Below, one piece after another: positions 22,066-30,138 of a stretch of DNA of 64,000 nt. The position numbers were made by a program, and so were the translations under genes. Under the pieces are notes generated by a model. That model made no database searches. It saw only the letters and a program-made list of their open reading frames with translations, and was not told where the DNA came from. Numbering within the stretch: position 1 is the first letter of the stretch; each line of letters begins with the position of its first letter. The DNA is from Klebsiella pneumoniae (GTDB taxonomy: Bacteria > Verrucomicrobiota > Verrucomicrobiia > Limisphaerales > SXTU01). Where the stretch lies: contig CALQJI020000013.1 of NCBI GenBank assembly GCA_943330855.2, forward strand, positions 7,237 to 71,236. The letters are read 5' to 3'.

Positions 22066-23058
22066 TCAATTCGGCGTGCCGTCGGGCTTGATCTCGAGCC
22101 TCAGCGGCTTGCCTCGCACACGGAGGAAGGCTTCGAAGTAGGCGTCGCCATCGTCGAAATGCTGCTCCAACCGCACGACGAATGCGTTCCGATCGTGCAC
22201 GGCTTTCTGGACTGGGGCGGGAGCCTCGGCCAACGGAAGCTGCGCGCTCACCAGCGTGCCGTCGGCCTGCGTGGTGCAGGTGCGCTTGTGGCTACCGCGC
22301 ACGAAGGTCGCCTCGAAGTAAGCTTCGCCGTCGTCCTCCCATTTGAAGACGACGACAAGACGGCTACCGGCCTGGCGCTTCTGGATCGTCAGTTGCGCAG
22401 GCGGCGGGACATCGAGCCATGAGACCTCCGCCGCGAGCAGCTTGCCGTCCTCGGCGAAGATGAGCGAGCGCGTGCGCTTGGCCACCTCGATGGTCACGTC
22501 GAAGGTCACTTCATGCCCGTCGTCCCCGCGCTCGATACGCGTCGGTGTCGCGCCTTTCAGTTCGGGGGTAATGGCCTGTCGCGCAGGGCCAGGCATATCT
22601 GCCAGAGTGACTTCGCGCGCGGCAAGCCAGCCATCGGGCGCGATGGTGAGCGAGCGCTTCATGTCGCGGCGTGTCAACTCGACGTAGAAGGCGGGGTCGC
22701 CATCGTCGTTGGTCCAATAGATGTCGCCGAGCTTCGCTTCGCCGAGTTGCGCGCGCAGCGTCTGCGCCACGGATGCAGGCAGCTCCTTCTCAAAGAGCTG
22801 CTTGGAAATCAGCATCCCATCCGGCGCGAGCGTGAAGCTGCGCACCACGCCATCGCGGCGGAACTCGCCCTCGAAGACCGTGTGACCGTTCTCGATGGTG
22901 CGCTCGAGATCCAGGAGTTTGCCGCCGCCGACCAGCGACTCGGCGGCTTGGCGAACAGCGGCAGGAATTTGGGCAAGCGCCTTCGTCTTGGGAGTGGCGG
23001 CGGTCGCAGAAGTGGCCAGCAGCATGGCGAGGCCCGTGACAAGGAGTTTGGTTTTCAT
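22066..23058 (-). CDS. secreted protein with five PepSY-like repeats
   Basis: Signal peptide MKTKLLVTGLAMLLATSATA. Five ~60-aa modules each end in a ..APDG.L.. / ..DG.L.. strand (TLAPDGMLISKQ, TIAPDGWLAARE, IFAEDGKLLAAE, TQADGTLVSAQ, EIKPDGTP). The start is 16 nt after the stop of the Pls-like gene. Confidence 0.7.
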   Translation of the reverse strand: MKTKLLVTGLAMLLATSATAATPKTKALAQIPAAVRQAAESLVGGGKLLDLERTIENGHTVFEGEFRRDGVVRSFTLAPDGMLISKQLFEKELPASVAQTLRAQLGEAKLGDIYWTNDDGDPAFYVELTRRDMKRSLTIAPDGWLAAREVTLADMPGPARQAITPELKGATPTRIERGDDGHEVTFDVTIEVAKRTRSLIFAEDGKLLAAEVSWLDVPPPAQLTIQKRQAGSRLVVVFKWEDDGEAYFEATFVRGSHKRTCTTQADGTLVSAQLPLAEAPAPVQKAVHDRNAFVVRLEQHFDDGDAYFEAFLRVRGKPLRLEIKPDGTPN

Positions 23059-23073
23059 GGCTGTTGCGGAAGC

Positions 23074-26000
23074 CTACACCACCGGCGGCCGCGCGGGAAT
23101 GCCTTCCCACTTGGTGCCGGCTGGCAGGGTCTCGCCCTTCATCAGGAGCGAGAGACTGTTGAGGTTTGAATCCGGCTCCATCCGTGTGTCGTAGAGCACG
23201 AGCGAGAGGCCGCCGATGGTGCAGCGGTCGCCCACGTCCACGGTGGACATCTTCATCACGCGGTCCTCGAAGAGATGCGTCTGGAGGGTGGCGTCAGCGT
23301 TCACGCACACATCGTCACCGAGGCGGACGAGGTCATGCTCGGTGATGTCCGTGGTCTCCAGATATACGCGCCTGCCGATGCGTGCGCCCATCGCCCGGAA
23401 TACCCAGCAGATGAAGGGTGTGCCTTGCAGGATGCTAACGAGCCAGGCGTTGCTCAGATGCTCGTGGACGGCGTTCACCAGTTCGTTGCGCCAGACGAAC
23501 GTGCTCCAGAGCGGGCGCTCGCCGGGCTGGTAGCGGCCCATGAGGCTCCACTTCAGCGCGATGAGGAAGCCCACCGCGCAGAGGCCGCACGCGCCGTAGA
23601 GCAGCGGGAAGGTCGCGACTTGTTCCCACGGCTCCAGATAGTCCTGCAGCAGCACCACGCCGGAGAAGAGCAGGCTGGTCAGCACGACGAAGCCGCTCGC
23701 GGGCAGCAGCACGCGGATGAATTCGATGAGCGCCCGTTGCGTGCGGAGCTTCGTCGTGGGCTTGAACGTGCTCTCGGCGGAGAAGGCGGTGCTCTGCTGG
23801 CGGCTGGGCAGAAAGATCGCGGGCGAACCCAGCCAAGTTGCTCCGTGCAGAGCGGCGTCCTCGGGTTTCGTCGGCGGGAGCGAAAGGCAGCCGACCAGCG
23901 CGTTGTCCGCGACGCCGCTGCCGGGTGGGAGCATCGCGCTGTTGCCAACGAAGGCGCGCTTGCCCACGCGACAGTGATCGAGCGTGATGAAGCCGCCTTC
24001 CACGCGCGCCGCGCCGAGCGTGACGCTGTCGGCGAGGAAGCTTTCGTCGCCGATGTCGAGCAGGTCGGGCGAGACCGCGCCAGCGGTGGAGATTTCCGCC
24101 TGCTTGCCGAGCTTGGCTCCGAGCAGCTTGAACCACGGCTCCAAATAGACCGACGCGTAGAGCGGTCCGAGGAAGTCGAGGCTCAAGTCCATGAGATGGT
24201 CCACGAACCATTTGCGGACGTAAAAGAGGCTGTAAATGGGATAGCGGCCCGGCTTCACACGCCCGAGCAGCAGCCACTTGAACGCGGCGATCTCCAGCCC
24301 GAGCAGCACGACGTAGCTGAAGGCAACGAGCGGCGCGAGGGTGAGGTAGCTGTAGTAGTCGTCCTCGTAGTTGAGGTGGTTCATCAGCACCACCCCGGGC
24401 AGAATCGCAGCGAGGATGCACGCCGGGAACAGCGCGACACCGACCGCGTGCAGGCAGGCGAAGCCGAAGCGGCGGAGCGGCGAGCATTGCTCGGCCTTTG
24501 GAAATTCATGCTCACCTGCCCAGCGGCGCTCGGCGCTCCGCTTCGCTGGCGAACCGAACCAGCGTTCACCAGCGGGAACCGTTTGGCCTGCTGGCAGCAG
24601 CGACATATCCTCGAGCGCGGCACCGTCCTCAAGCGACGAGTTCTCCCGCATCACTGCGCGCGTGCCGATGAAGCAGCCTTTGCCAATGCGGATATTGCCG
24701 ACGATGAGCTTGCCGCTCTCGACGTGATAGCCCGCCGCCGTGGCGTCCGTGCCCACGCTGGTGTCGTCGCCAATATCGAGCAGGTCGTAGCAGGCGAAGT
24801 TGGGGCTGGTGAGGTGGACGTTGCGTCCGATGCGCGCCCCCATGAGGCGGAAGTAAATGTTCAGCAGTGGCGTGCCGGCGAGGTAATGCACCGGGATGGC
24901 CGACTGGATGGTGTTCACAAACCAGAAGCGCACGTAGTAGCCGCCCCACAGTGGATACTCGCCCGCGCGGTAGCGCCCGATGACGAGCCACTTGAGGGCA
25001 ATGGACGCCGCAAGCATCGCCGGGTAGAGCGCCACGAGTATTCCGAACGCGCCGAGGATGGCCTCCCAGCGCTCGAACTCCTCCTCGAACATCCATGTGT
25101 AAGTGAGGTAGGGCGCAAGCCATTGCAGCGAGAAAAAGCCGAGCACGAAGTAAAGACCACCGAGCTGCCAGAGGCCGCAGAGGAAGTGGCGGAGACGGCT
25201 CAGAGCCCGGACGCCCACGTCCGCAGCCTCTTGGGCAGGCGCCTCTGGAACCGAGGTTTGCTCCTGCGGACGTGGGCGTCCGCGCTCCAAGCGGGCTGCG
25301 AGCTTCTCCACCGTCGGCTGCTCATAGACATCAAGCATCGAAACCCCGCGCAGTTCCGGGTCCTGGCGCAGCTCGCTCACCAGCCGCGCGGCGAGCAACG
25401 AGTGACCGCCCAGCTCGCGGAAGAAATCATCCGTCACCGACACGCGTTGCGGGGCGAAGAGCTCTTCCCACACGGCCACCAGCTTGCGCTCCATCGCCGT
25501 GCGCGGCGCGATATGATTTGGGTCCACGGCCAGGTGCGCGCGCGGTTGCGGCGCGGGCAAGGCCCGGCGGTCCACCTTACCGCTGGGCAGCGTGGGCAGC
25601 GACGCGATGGCTTCAATGAGCGCAGGCACCATGTAGCTGGGCAGGCGCTCGCGGAGCGTTTCCTTCAGCGCTTGCTCCGGGACGCCTTCACCTTCGCGCG
25701 GCACGACGTAGGCAACGAGCTGCTGCACGCCGAGAACGTCCTCTCGCACCGCCACCACGGCGGCGGCCACGCCCGGGCAGGCGAGCAAGACGGATTCAAT
25801 CTCCGACAGCTCGACGCGGTAGCCGCGCAGCTTCACCTGCGAGTCAATGCGACCCCGGAACTCGATCTCTCCCGCTTCGTTGAAGCACGCGAGGTCGCCG
25901 GTGCGGTAAAGGCGCGGCGGCTCCGCACCCAGCGGGTTGGCGATGAACTTCTCCGCCGTCAGGTCGGGCCGGCCCACGTAGCCACGCGCCAGCCCGATGC

Positions 26001-27087
26001 CGCCGATGCAGAGCTCGCCTTCCTGGCCGGCGGCAACCGAGCGCTGCTGCTCATCGAGGATCGCGACGGCATAGTTCGGCACGGGCCGCCCGATGGTCAC
26101 GGGCTGCCCCGGCGTGAGGTCGCCGTAAGTCGCGATGACCGTCGCCTCGGTCGGCCCGTAGGTGTTCACCATGCGCCGACCCGCGTGCGCCCAACGCGGG
26201 ACGAGGTCGGCAGGACAGGCTTCGCCACCGACGATGAGCAAGGTCACGCCCGGCACGTCCTCGGTCATCATCGCAAGTTGCGTTGGCACCGTGCTGAAGA
26301 CCGTGACGCCCGCCGCGGTGAGCAGCCGCGAAAGTGTCGGGCCGGATTGCACCATCTCGCGCGTCCCGACCACGAGTGTCGCGCCCGCAAAGAACGCGAG
26401 CCACACCTCCTCGACCGACGCATCGAACGCGATGGAGAAGCCCTGATACACGCGGTCGGCAGACCGCACGCCAAAGATGGCTCCCTCCGCCCGCACGAGA
26501 TGGCACGCGCTGCGATGCTCAATTTGAACGCCCTTGGGCCGCCCCGTCGTGCCGGAGGTGTAGATGACGTAGGCAACGTCCTGTGGGGTCTTCCCGGTGT
26601 CGCGACGAGTGAGCGTCGTCGTGGGCTCGCCGGCAATCGCCTTCAAGTCGTGGTCGAGGATAACGATTCTGCCAGCGAAGTTCCCGGCCTGCGCCCGCTG
26701 CGCCGACACGGTGACGAGCACGTCCGCCTTCACGTCAGCGAGGATGTATTCGACGCGGTCGGCCGGGTAGTCGGGGTCGAGCGGGACGTAGGCTGCCCCG
26801 GCCTTGAGCGCGGCGAGCAAGGCCACATACACATCCATCGAGCGCGGCAACAACAGCGCGACGTGGCTGCCGGAAGTCACGCCGAGTGAGCGCAAGTGCC
26901 GCGCGAGTTGGTTCGCGCGCTGCTCGAGTTCGCCGTAAGTCATCCGCTCGTCGCCACACGCGAGCGCGATCTGCCCTTCCGCCGCCGCCGCGCTGCGCTC
27001 GAAAATTTCGTGCAGCAGCTCATTGCGGCAAAGCTCAGATGCCTTCGTGAATTGGAAGGTCAAACCCTTGATTGGCGCGTGCGGCAT
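23074..27087 (-). CDS. Pls/PosA-family single-module non-ribosomal peptide synthetase (A-T-TM/tandem C-terminal domains)
   Basis: A-domain cores YVIYTSGTTGRPKG, FDASVEE, NTYGPTE, GELCIGGIGLARGY, YRTGD, GRIDSQVKLRGYRVE and PSGKVDR. Carrier motif FFRELGGHSLLAARL. Then hydrophobic helix pairs alternate with three hexapeptide-like domains. No C or TE domain. Start chosen at MPHAPIKGL (27087). Confidence 0.9.
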   Translation of the reverse strand: MPHAPIKGLTFQFTKASELCRNELLHEIFERSAAAAEGQIALACGDERMTYGELEQRANQLARHLRSLGVTSGSHVALLLPRSMDVYVALLAALKAGAAYVPLDPDYPADRVEYILADVKADVLVTVSAQRAQAGNFAGRIVILDHDLKAIAGEPTTTLTRRDTGKTPQDVAYVIYTSGTTGRPKGVQIEHRSACHLVRAEGAIFGVRSADRVYQGFSIAFDASVEEVWLAFFAGATLVVGTREMVQSGPTLSRLLTAAGVTVFSTVPTQLAMMTEDVPGVTLLIVGGEACPADLVPRWAHAGRRMVNTYGPTEATVIATYGDLTPGQPVTIGRPVPNYAVAILDEQQRSVAAGQEGELCIGGIGLARGYVGRPDLTAEKFIANPLGAEPPRLYRTGDLACFNEAGEIEFRGRIDSQVKLRGYRVELSEIESVLLACPGVAAAVVAVREDVLGVQQLVAYVVPREGEGVPEQALKETLRERLPSYMVPALIEAIASLPTLPSGKVDRRALPAPQPRAHLAVDPNHIAPRTAMERKLVAVWEELFAPQRVSVTDDFFRELGGHSLLAARLVSELRQDPELRGVSMLDVYEQPTVEKLAARLERGRPRPQEQTSVPEAPAQEAADVGVRALSRLRHFLCGLWQLGGLYFVLGFFSLQWLAPYLTYTWMFEEEFERWEAILGAFGILVALYPAMLAASIALKWLVIGRYRAGEYPLWGGYYVRFWFVNTIQSAIPVHYLAGTPLLNIYFRLMGARIGRNVHLTSPNFACYDLLDIGDDTSVGTDATAAGYHVESGKLIVGNIRIGKGCFIGTRAVMRENSSLEDGAALEDMSLLPAGQTVPAGERWFGSPAKRSAERRWAGEHEFPKAEQCSPLRRFGFACLHAVGVALFPACILAAILPGVVLMNHLNYEDDYYSYLTLAPLVAFSYVVLLGLEIAAFKWLLLGRVKPGRYPIYSLFYVRKWFVDHLMDLSLDFLGPLYASVYLEPWFKLLGAKLGKQAEISTAGAVSPDLLDIGDESFLADSVTLGAARVEGGFITLDHCRVGKRAFVGNSAMLPPGSGVADNALVGCLSLPPTKPEDAALHGATWLGSPAIFLPSRQQSTAFSAESTFKPTTKLRTQRALIEFIRVLLPASGFVVLTSLLFSGVVLLQDYLEPWEQVATFPLLYGACGLCAVGFLIALKWSLMGRYQPGERPLWSTFVWRNELVNAVHEHLSNAWLVSILQGTPFICWVFRAMGARIGRRVYLETTDITEHDLVRLGDDVCVNADATLQTHLFEDRVMKMSTVDVGDRCTIGGLSLVLYDTRMEPDSNLNSLSLLMKGETLPAGTKWEGIPARPPVV
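25208..25282. repeat. family G palindromic element inside the Pls-like CDS
   Basis: CGGACGCCCACGTCCGCAG (25208-25226) and CTGCGGACGTGGGCGTCCG (25264-25282) are perfect reverse complements. They encode ..RGRPRPQEQTSVPEAPAQEAADVGVRA.. between the carrier domain and the first TM helix. Confidence 0.85.
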
Positions 27088-27404
27088 AGGTAATTGGCTG
27101 CGAAAGCTTCCCCGCAGGAGACGCGCCTCGTCGCGGCTAGGTTTCGAGTGCGGACGTTGCTCCCTGCAATGCCCTCGACCGCCGCGAAGTGGTTTGGTTT
27201 CGTCCGCCCATGAAGCTCCGATTCTCCGCCGCTGGCTTTGCCGCGCTCTGTGCAGCCGCCTGCGCGCTCCACCAAGCTCGGCCTCGGCGCGGCGCTCGCA
27301 TGACACGCAGCCTCCGCACCGACCGCTGGTGCTACCGAGAGCTGGTTGAAGCCGGTGCCGAGAAAAAGCTGATTCGCACTACCGCGCTCCGCGTCGAAGC
27401 GCTC

Positions 27405-28004
27405 TTGAAAAGACTCCTACTGACCGTTCTCCTGGCCACCGCGTGGTTGTTCGCCCTCTCGCCCGCGTGTGCAGCACCGGCGGACGAGGCGGATTTCAAA
27501 CCCCTGTTCAACGGCAAGGATTTCGACGGCTGGCGCTTCTCCCTTCAGAAGGCCGGCGACCCGTGGCCGGACAACTGGAAGGTCAAGGACGGCGTCATCT
27601 CCCTTACTGGTGGCCGTCGCCCGCATCTCGTGACCCTCAAGGAGTTCACCGACTTCGAGCTGCGCTTCGAGTGGCGGGCCTTGCAGGAGAAATACAACAG
27701 CGGCTGCTACGTCCGCACCATCAAGGACGCCGCGAACAACCAAATCAACCTCCAGAAAGGGTCCGAGGGCGCAATGGTCGGCATCAAGTGGCCCGGCTCC
27801 AAGCCGGTGCCCGAACTGCAAAAAAAGGTCGGCGAGTGGAACGAATGGTTCGTGCGCGTGGTGGGCGACAAGCTGACGCTCACCTGCAACGGCAAGCTCG
27901 CGTGGGAAGCCACCGGCTTCAAACCCGCCAGCGGCTGGATTGGTTTGCAGGCCGAAGAGGCGGCGATGGAGTTCCGCAACTTGCGCCTGCGCGAGTTGAA
28001 GTAA
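27405..28004 (+). CDS. DUF1080 (3-keto-disaccharide hydrolase-like) domain protein, secreted
   Basis: FKPLFNGKDFDGW..W.VKDGVI..EF.DFELRFEWR...GWIGLQ....EFRNLRLREL is typical DUF1080. Signal peptide (M)KRLLLTVLLATAWLFALSPACA from TTG 27405. Alternative starts at 27300, 27210 or 27189 are possible. Confidence 0.8.
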   Translation: MKRLLLTVLLATAWLFALSPACAAPADEADFKPLFNGKDFDGWRFSLQKAGDPWPDNWKVKDGVISLTGGRRPHLVTLKEFTDFELRFEWRALQEKYNSGCYVRTIKDAANNQINLQKGSEGAMVGIKWPGSKPVPELQKKVGEWNEWFVRVVGDKLTLTCNGKLAWEATGFKPASGWIGLQAEEAAMEFRNLRLRELK

Positions 28005-28096
28005 CCCGGCCGGCGATGCTCGCCGAACTGCGCGCTGGCACCGAGGGTGGGATTTGGAGCTTGGAGCCGCTTCCGCCCCATCGCTAACCTCCCACC

Positions 28097-29011
28097 ATGA
28101 CAGCTCTCGCCACCTCGTTCCGCACGCCGCGGGTCCCGACCGTGGATCAGATCATGGCCGAGGAACGCGCCGGCAGCTTCGCCAAGCGCAGCCTCAAGAC
28201 CAGCGCCAAGCTCGCCGGCCTCAAGCTCGCCGTCAGCATGATGGACCTCACCACGCTGGAGGGCAAAGACACGCCCGGCAAAGTCGCCTTCCTCTGCCGC
28301 AAGGCCCTCGCCCCCGCCGAGCCGCGCTTCAACGTCCCGCCCTGCGCCGCCGTCTGCGTGTATCCGAACATGGTCCGGCACGCGCGCCAGTTCCTCGGCG
28401 CGGACTCGCCCGTGAAGGTCGCCTCCGTCGCCACCGGTTTTCCCAGCGGGCAATACCCCTTGCCCACGAAGCTCGGCGAGGTGCGGCGGGCGGTGGCGGA
28501 TGGGGCCGACGAAATTGACATGGTCATTGACCGCTGCGCCTTCCTCACGGGCGACCACGCCAAGGTCCACGATGAAATCGCCGCGACCAAGGCCGCCTGC
28601 GGTCCCGCGCACCTGAAAGTCATCTTCGAGACCGGCGAACTCGTCACCTACGACAACGTCCGGCTCGCCAGCCAGCTCGCGATGGAGGCGGGCGCGGACT
28701 TCATCAAGACCAGCACCGGCAAGGTCGCGCCCGCCGCCACCATGCCCGTCACGCTCGTGATGCTGGAGGCCATCCGCGACCACTTCTTCGCCACGGGCGT
28801 GCGCATCGGGATGAAGCCCGCCGGGGGCATCCGCACCAGCAAGCAAGCGCTGGCCTACCTCGTGATGGTGAAGGAAACCCTCGGCGACGACTGGCTCACG
28901 CCCGACCTCTTCCGCTTCGGGGCCAGCACGCTCGTGAACGACGTGGTCATGCAAATCGCGAAGCTGGCGGAAGGGCGCTATCAGGGGCCGGACTACTTCT
29001 CACAGCCGTGA
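28097..29011 (+). CDS. deoC: deoxyribose-phosphate aldolase
   Basis: Long-form DeoC: MMDLTTLEG, VCVYP, VATGFPSG, ADEIDMVI, and the Schiff-base lysine in FIKTSTGK. Confidence 0.9.
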   Translation: MTALATSFRTPRVPTVDQIMAEERAGSFAKRSLKTSAKLAGLKLAVSMMDLTTLEGKDTPGKVAFLCRKALAPAEPRFNVPPCAAVCVYPNMVRHARQFLGADSPVKVASVATGFPSGQYPLPTKLGEVRRAVADGADEIDMVIDRCAFLTGDHAKVHDEIAATKAACGPAHLKVIFETGELVTYDNVRLASQLAMEAGADFIKTSTGKVAPAATMPVTLVMLEAIRDHFFATGVRIGMKPAGGIRTSKQALAYLVMVKETLGDDWLTPDLFRFGASTLVNDVVMQIAKLAEGRYQGPDYFSQP

Positions 29012-29040
29012 GCTGGCCGGGCCCGGGAGCGAGGGGAGCG

Positions 29041-29135
29041 GCCTAAAGACCCAGAGCTACAACGACCCGGCCCACGAGGGCGCTGGATTGCAACCGCGAC
29101 GCGATGGCCGGGTTAGATGCAGCGCATGGTTAGGC
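29041..29135 (-). other. attC-like imperfect palindrome downstream of the cassette ORF
   Basis: On the minus strand: GCCTAAC (29135-29129, fits RYYYAAC) ... ACCCGGCC / GGCCGGGT inner pairing ... TTTAGGC (29047-29041, GTTRRRY with the first base mismatched). ~95 nt, beginning 9 nt after the stop codon. Confidence 0.45.
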
Positions 29136-29143
29136 ATTTTCTC

Positions 29144-29656
29144 TCACTTCCTGTTTTTTGTTTCGAGCAACTTCTTCTTCTCTAATTGAAACTCTTCTTC
29201 AGTCAGGACGCCACGTTCCTTGAGATCAGCGAGTTTTTTTAGCTCGGCGTATACATCAACTTGCTTCTCAATACGAACGGTAGTGTCTCCGGATGTTGGT
29301 CTGCCTTCAGCGTCATACGCCCGTTGAGTGGATACTGCGACAGTCGGGTCACTCGCGACACCTTCTGTTCCGGGCCGCACAAGGCGAAATTTCAGATCTA
29401 CCTGCGGCCACTTGGCAAAACCGGCTGCGGTCTCATTCACGGACACAACTTCCGCAACCATGCCTTTGCTCAACGCAAATTCGTTGGCTTCCTTGTATGC
29501 TTGCTTTCGTAGACTGCCGACAGGCGTCAAACCAGTCGTGCCGGTCTTAGTAACCGTGTAGACCCCACCGGCGGCGGCCATGACTGGGGATGTGGTCGAA
29601 CATCCACTCTGCAACACGAGAGCGATGAGCACGATAACTGTGAGTATGGATTTCAT
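29144..29656 (-). CDS. SHOCT-domain lipoprotein (candidate integron cassette)
   Basis: Lipobox LVLQSGC after MKSILTVIVLIALV. C-terminal SHOCT-like YAELKKLADLKERGVLTEEEFQLEKKKLLE. The DNA is visibly more AT-rich than its neighbours. Confidence 0.75.
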   Translation of the reverse strand: MKSILTVIVLIALVLQSGCSTTSPVMAAAGGVYTVTKTGTTGLTPVGSLRKQAYKEANEFALSKGMVAEVVSVNETAAGFAKWPQVDLKFRLVRPGTEGVASDPTVAVSTQRAYDAEGRPTSGDTTVRIEKQVDVYAELKKLADLKERGVLTEEEFQLEKKKLLETKNRK

Positions 29657-29744
29657 AGGTGCAATTCGAGCCTAACTGGTGAGTATGCGACTGGAAGATT
29701 TTTGGGGTCGCATATTGCTGGACGGTTGCGGAGGGGGGTAGAAG
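29657..29744. promoter_or_regulatory. attI-like / divergent promoter region between the cassette and the intI remnant
   Basis: GTTAGGC core (minus strand, 29676-29670) lies 13 nt upstream of the cassette ATG. The 88-nt spacer separates the divergent cassette ORF and the intI remnant. Confidence 0.35.
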
Positions 29745-30085
29745 GTGTCAATGAAAGTTTCCGAGGCGCTTGAAAAGCTGACGGATGCGGTGCGCGTGCG
29801 GCATTTTGCGCTGGCGACCGAGAAGTCGTATCGGCTCTGGCTCCGGTCGTATATGGCGGTGGTGGGAGAATACCCGGCGGATGGGGGGCCGGAGAAAAAG
29901 ATCGAAAGGTTTTTGACCGATGAAGCGCGGCGCGGGCGGCGGCGGGCAAGGTGACGCCGCACGCGCACGAGGGAGGCGCGCCGGTGCGGAACCTCCAGGA
30001 GGCGATGGCGCACACGCAGATTGAGACGACGATGCGCTATCTGGCGCCGACGGCAGCGGGGGTGCGCAGTCCGCTGGATGGGTGA
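29745..30085 (+). pseudogene. intI: internally deleted integron-type tyrosine recombinase (delta-intI)
   Basis: Frame A: ..LTDAVRVRHFALATEKSYRLWLRSYMAVVGEYPADGGPEKKIERFLTDEA.. (N-terminal SAM-like domain), stopping at 29954. Frame B from 29951: VTPHA.EGGAPVRNLQEAMAHTQIETTMRYLAPTAAGVRSPLDG* (extreme C-terminus including the catalytic-Tyr region). The central ~200 aa are missing. Confidence 0.75.
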
Positions 30086-30138
30086 GGGGGGGTGGGGAAT
30101 GGGGAATAGGGAATGGGGAGGGTAGAATGCACTGCGTC

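Noticed and set aside
23275-26889. 1204-aa plus-strand ORF
   Set aside because: It is entirely antisense to the Pls-like synthetase. It has no recognisable motifs and a very high Arg/Glu/Ala content, so it is a shadow ORF of a GC-rich gene.
27189-27404. N-terminal extension of the DUF1080 ORF (MVWFRPPMKLRFSAAGF..)
   Set aside because: The DUF1080 signal peptide begins at ~27405. The extension overlaps the divergent promoter region of the Pls-like gene. It is kept as an alternative start only.
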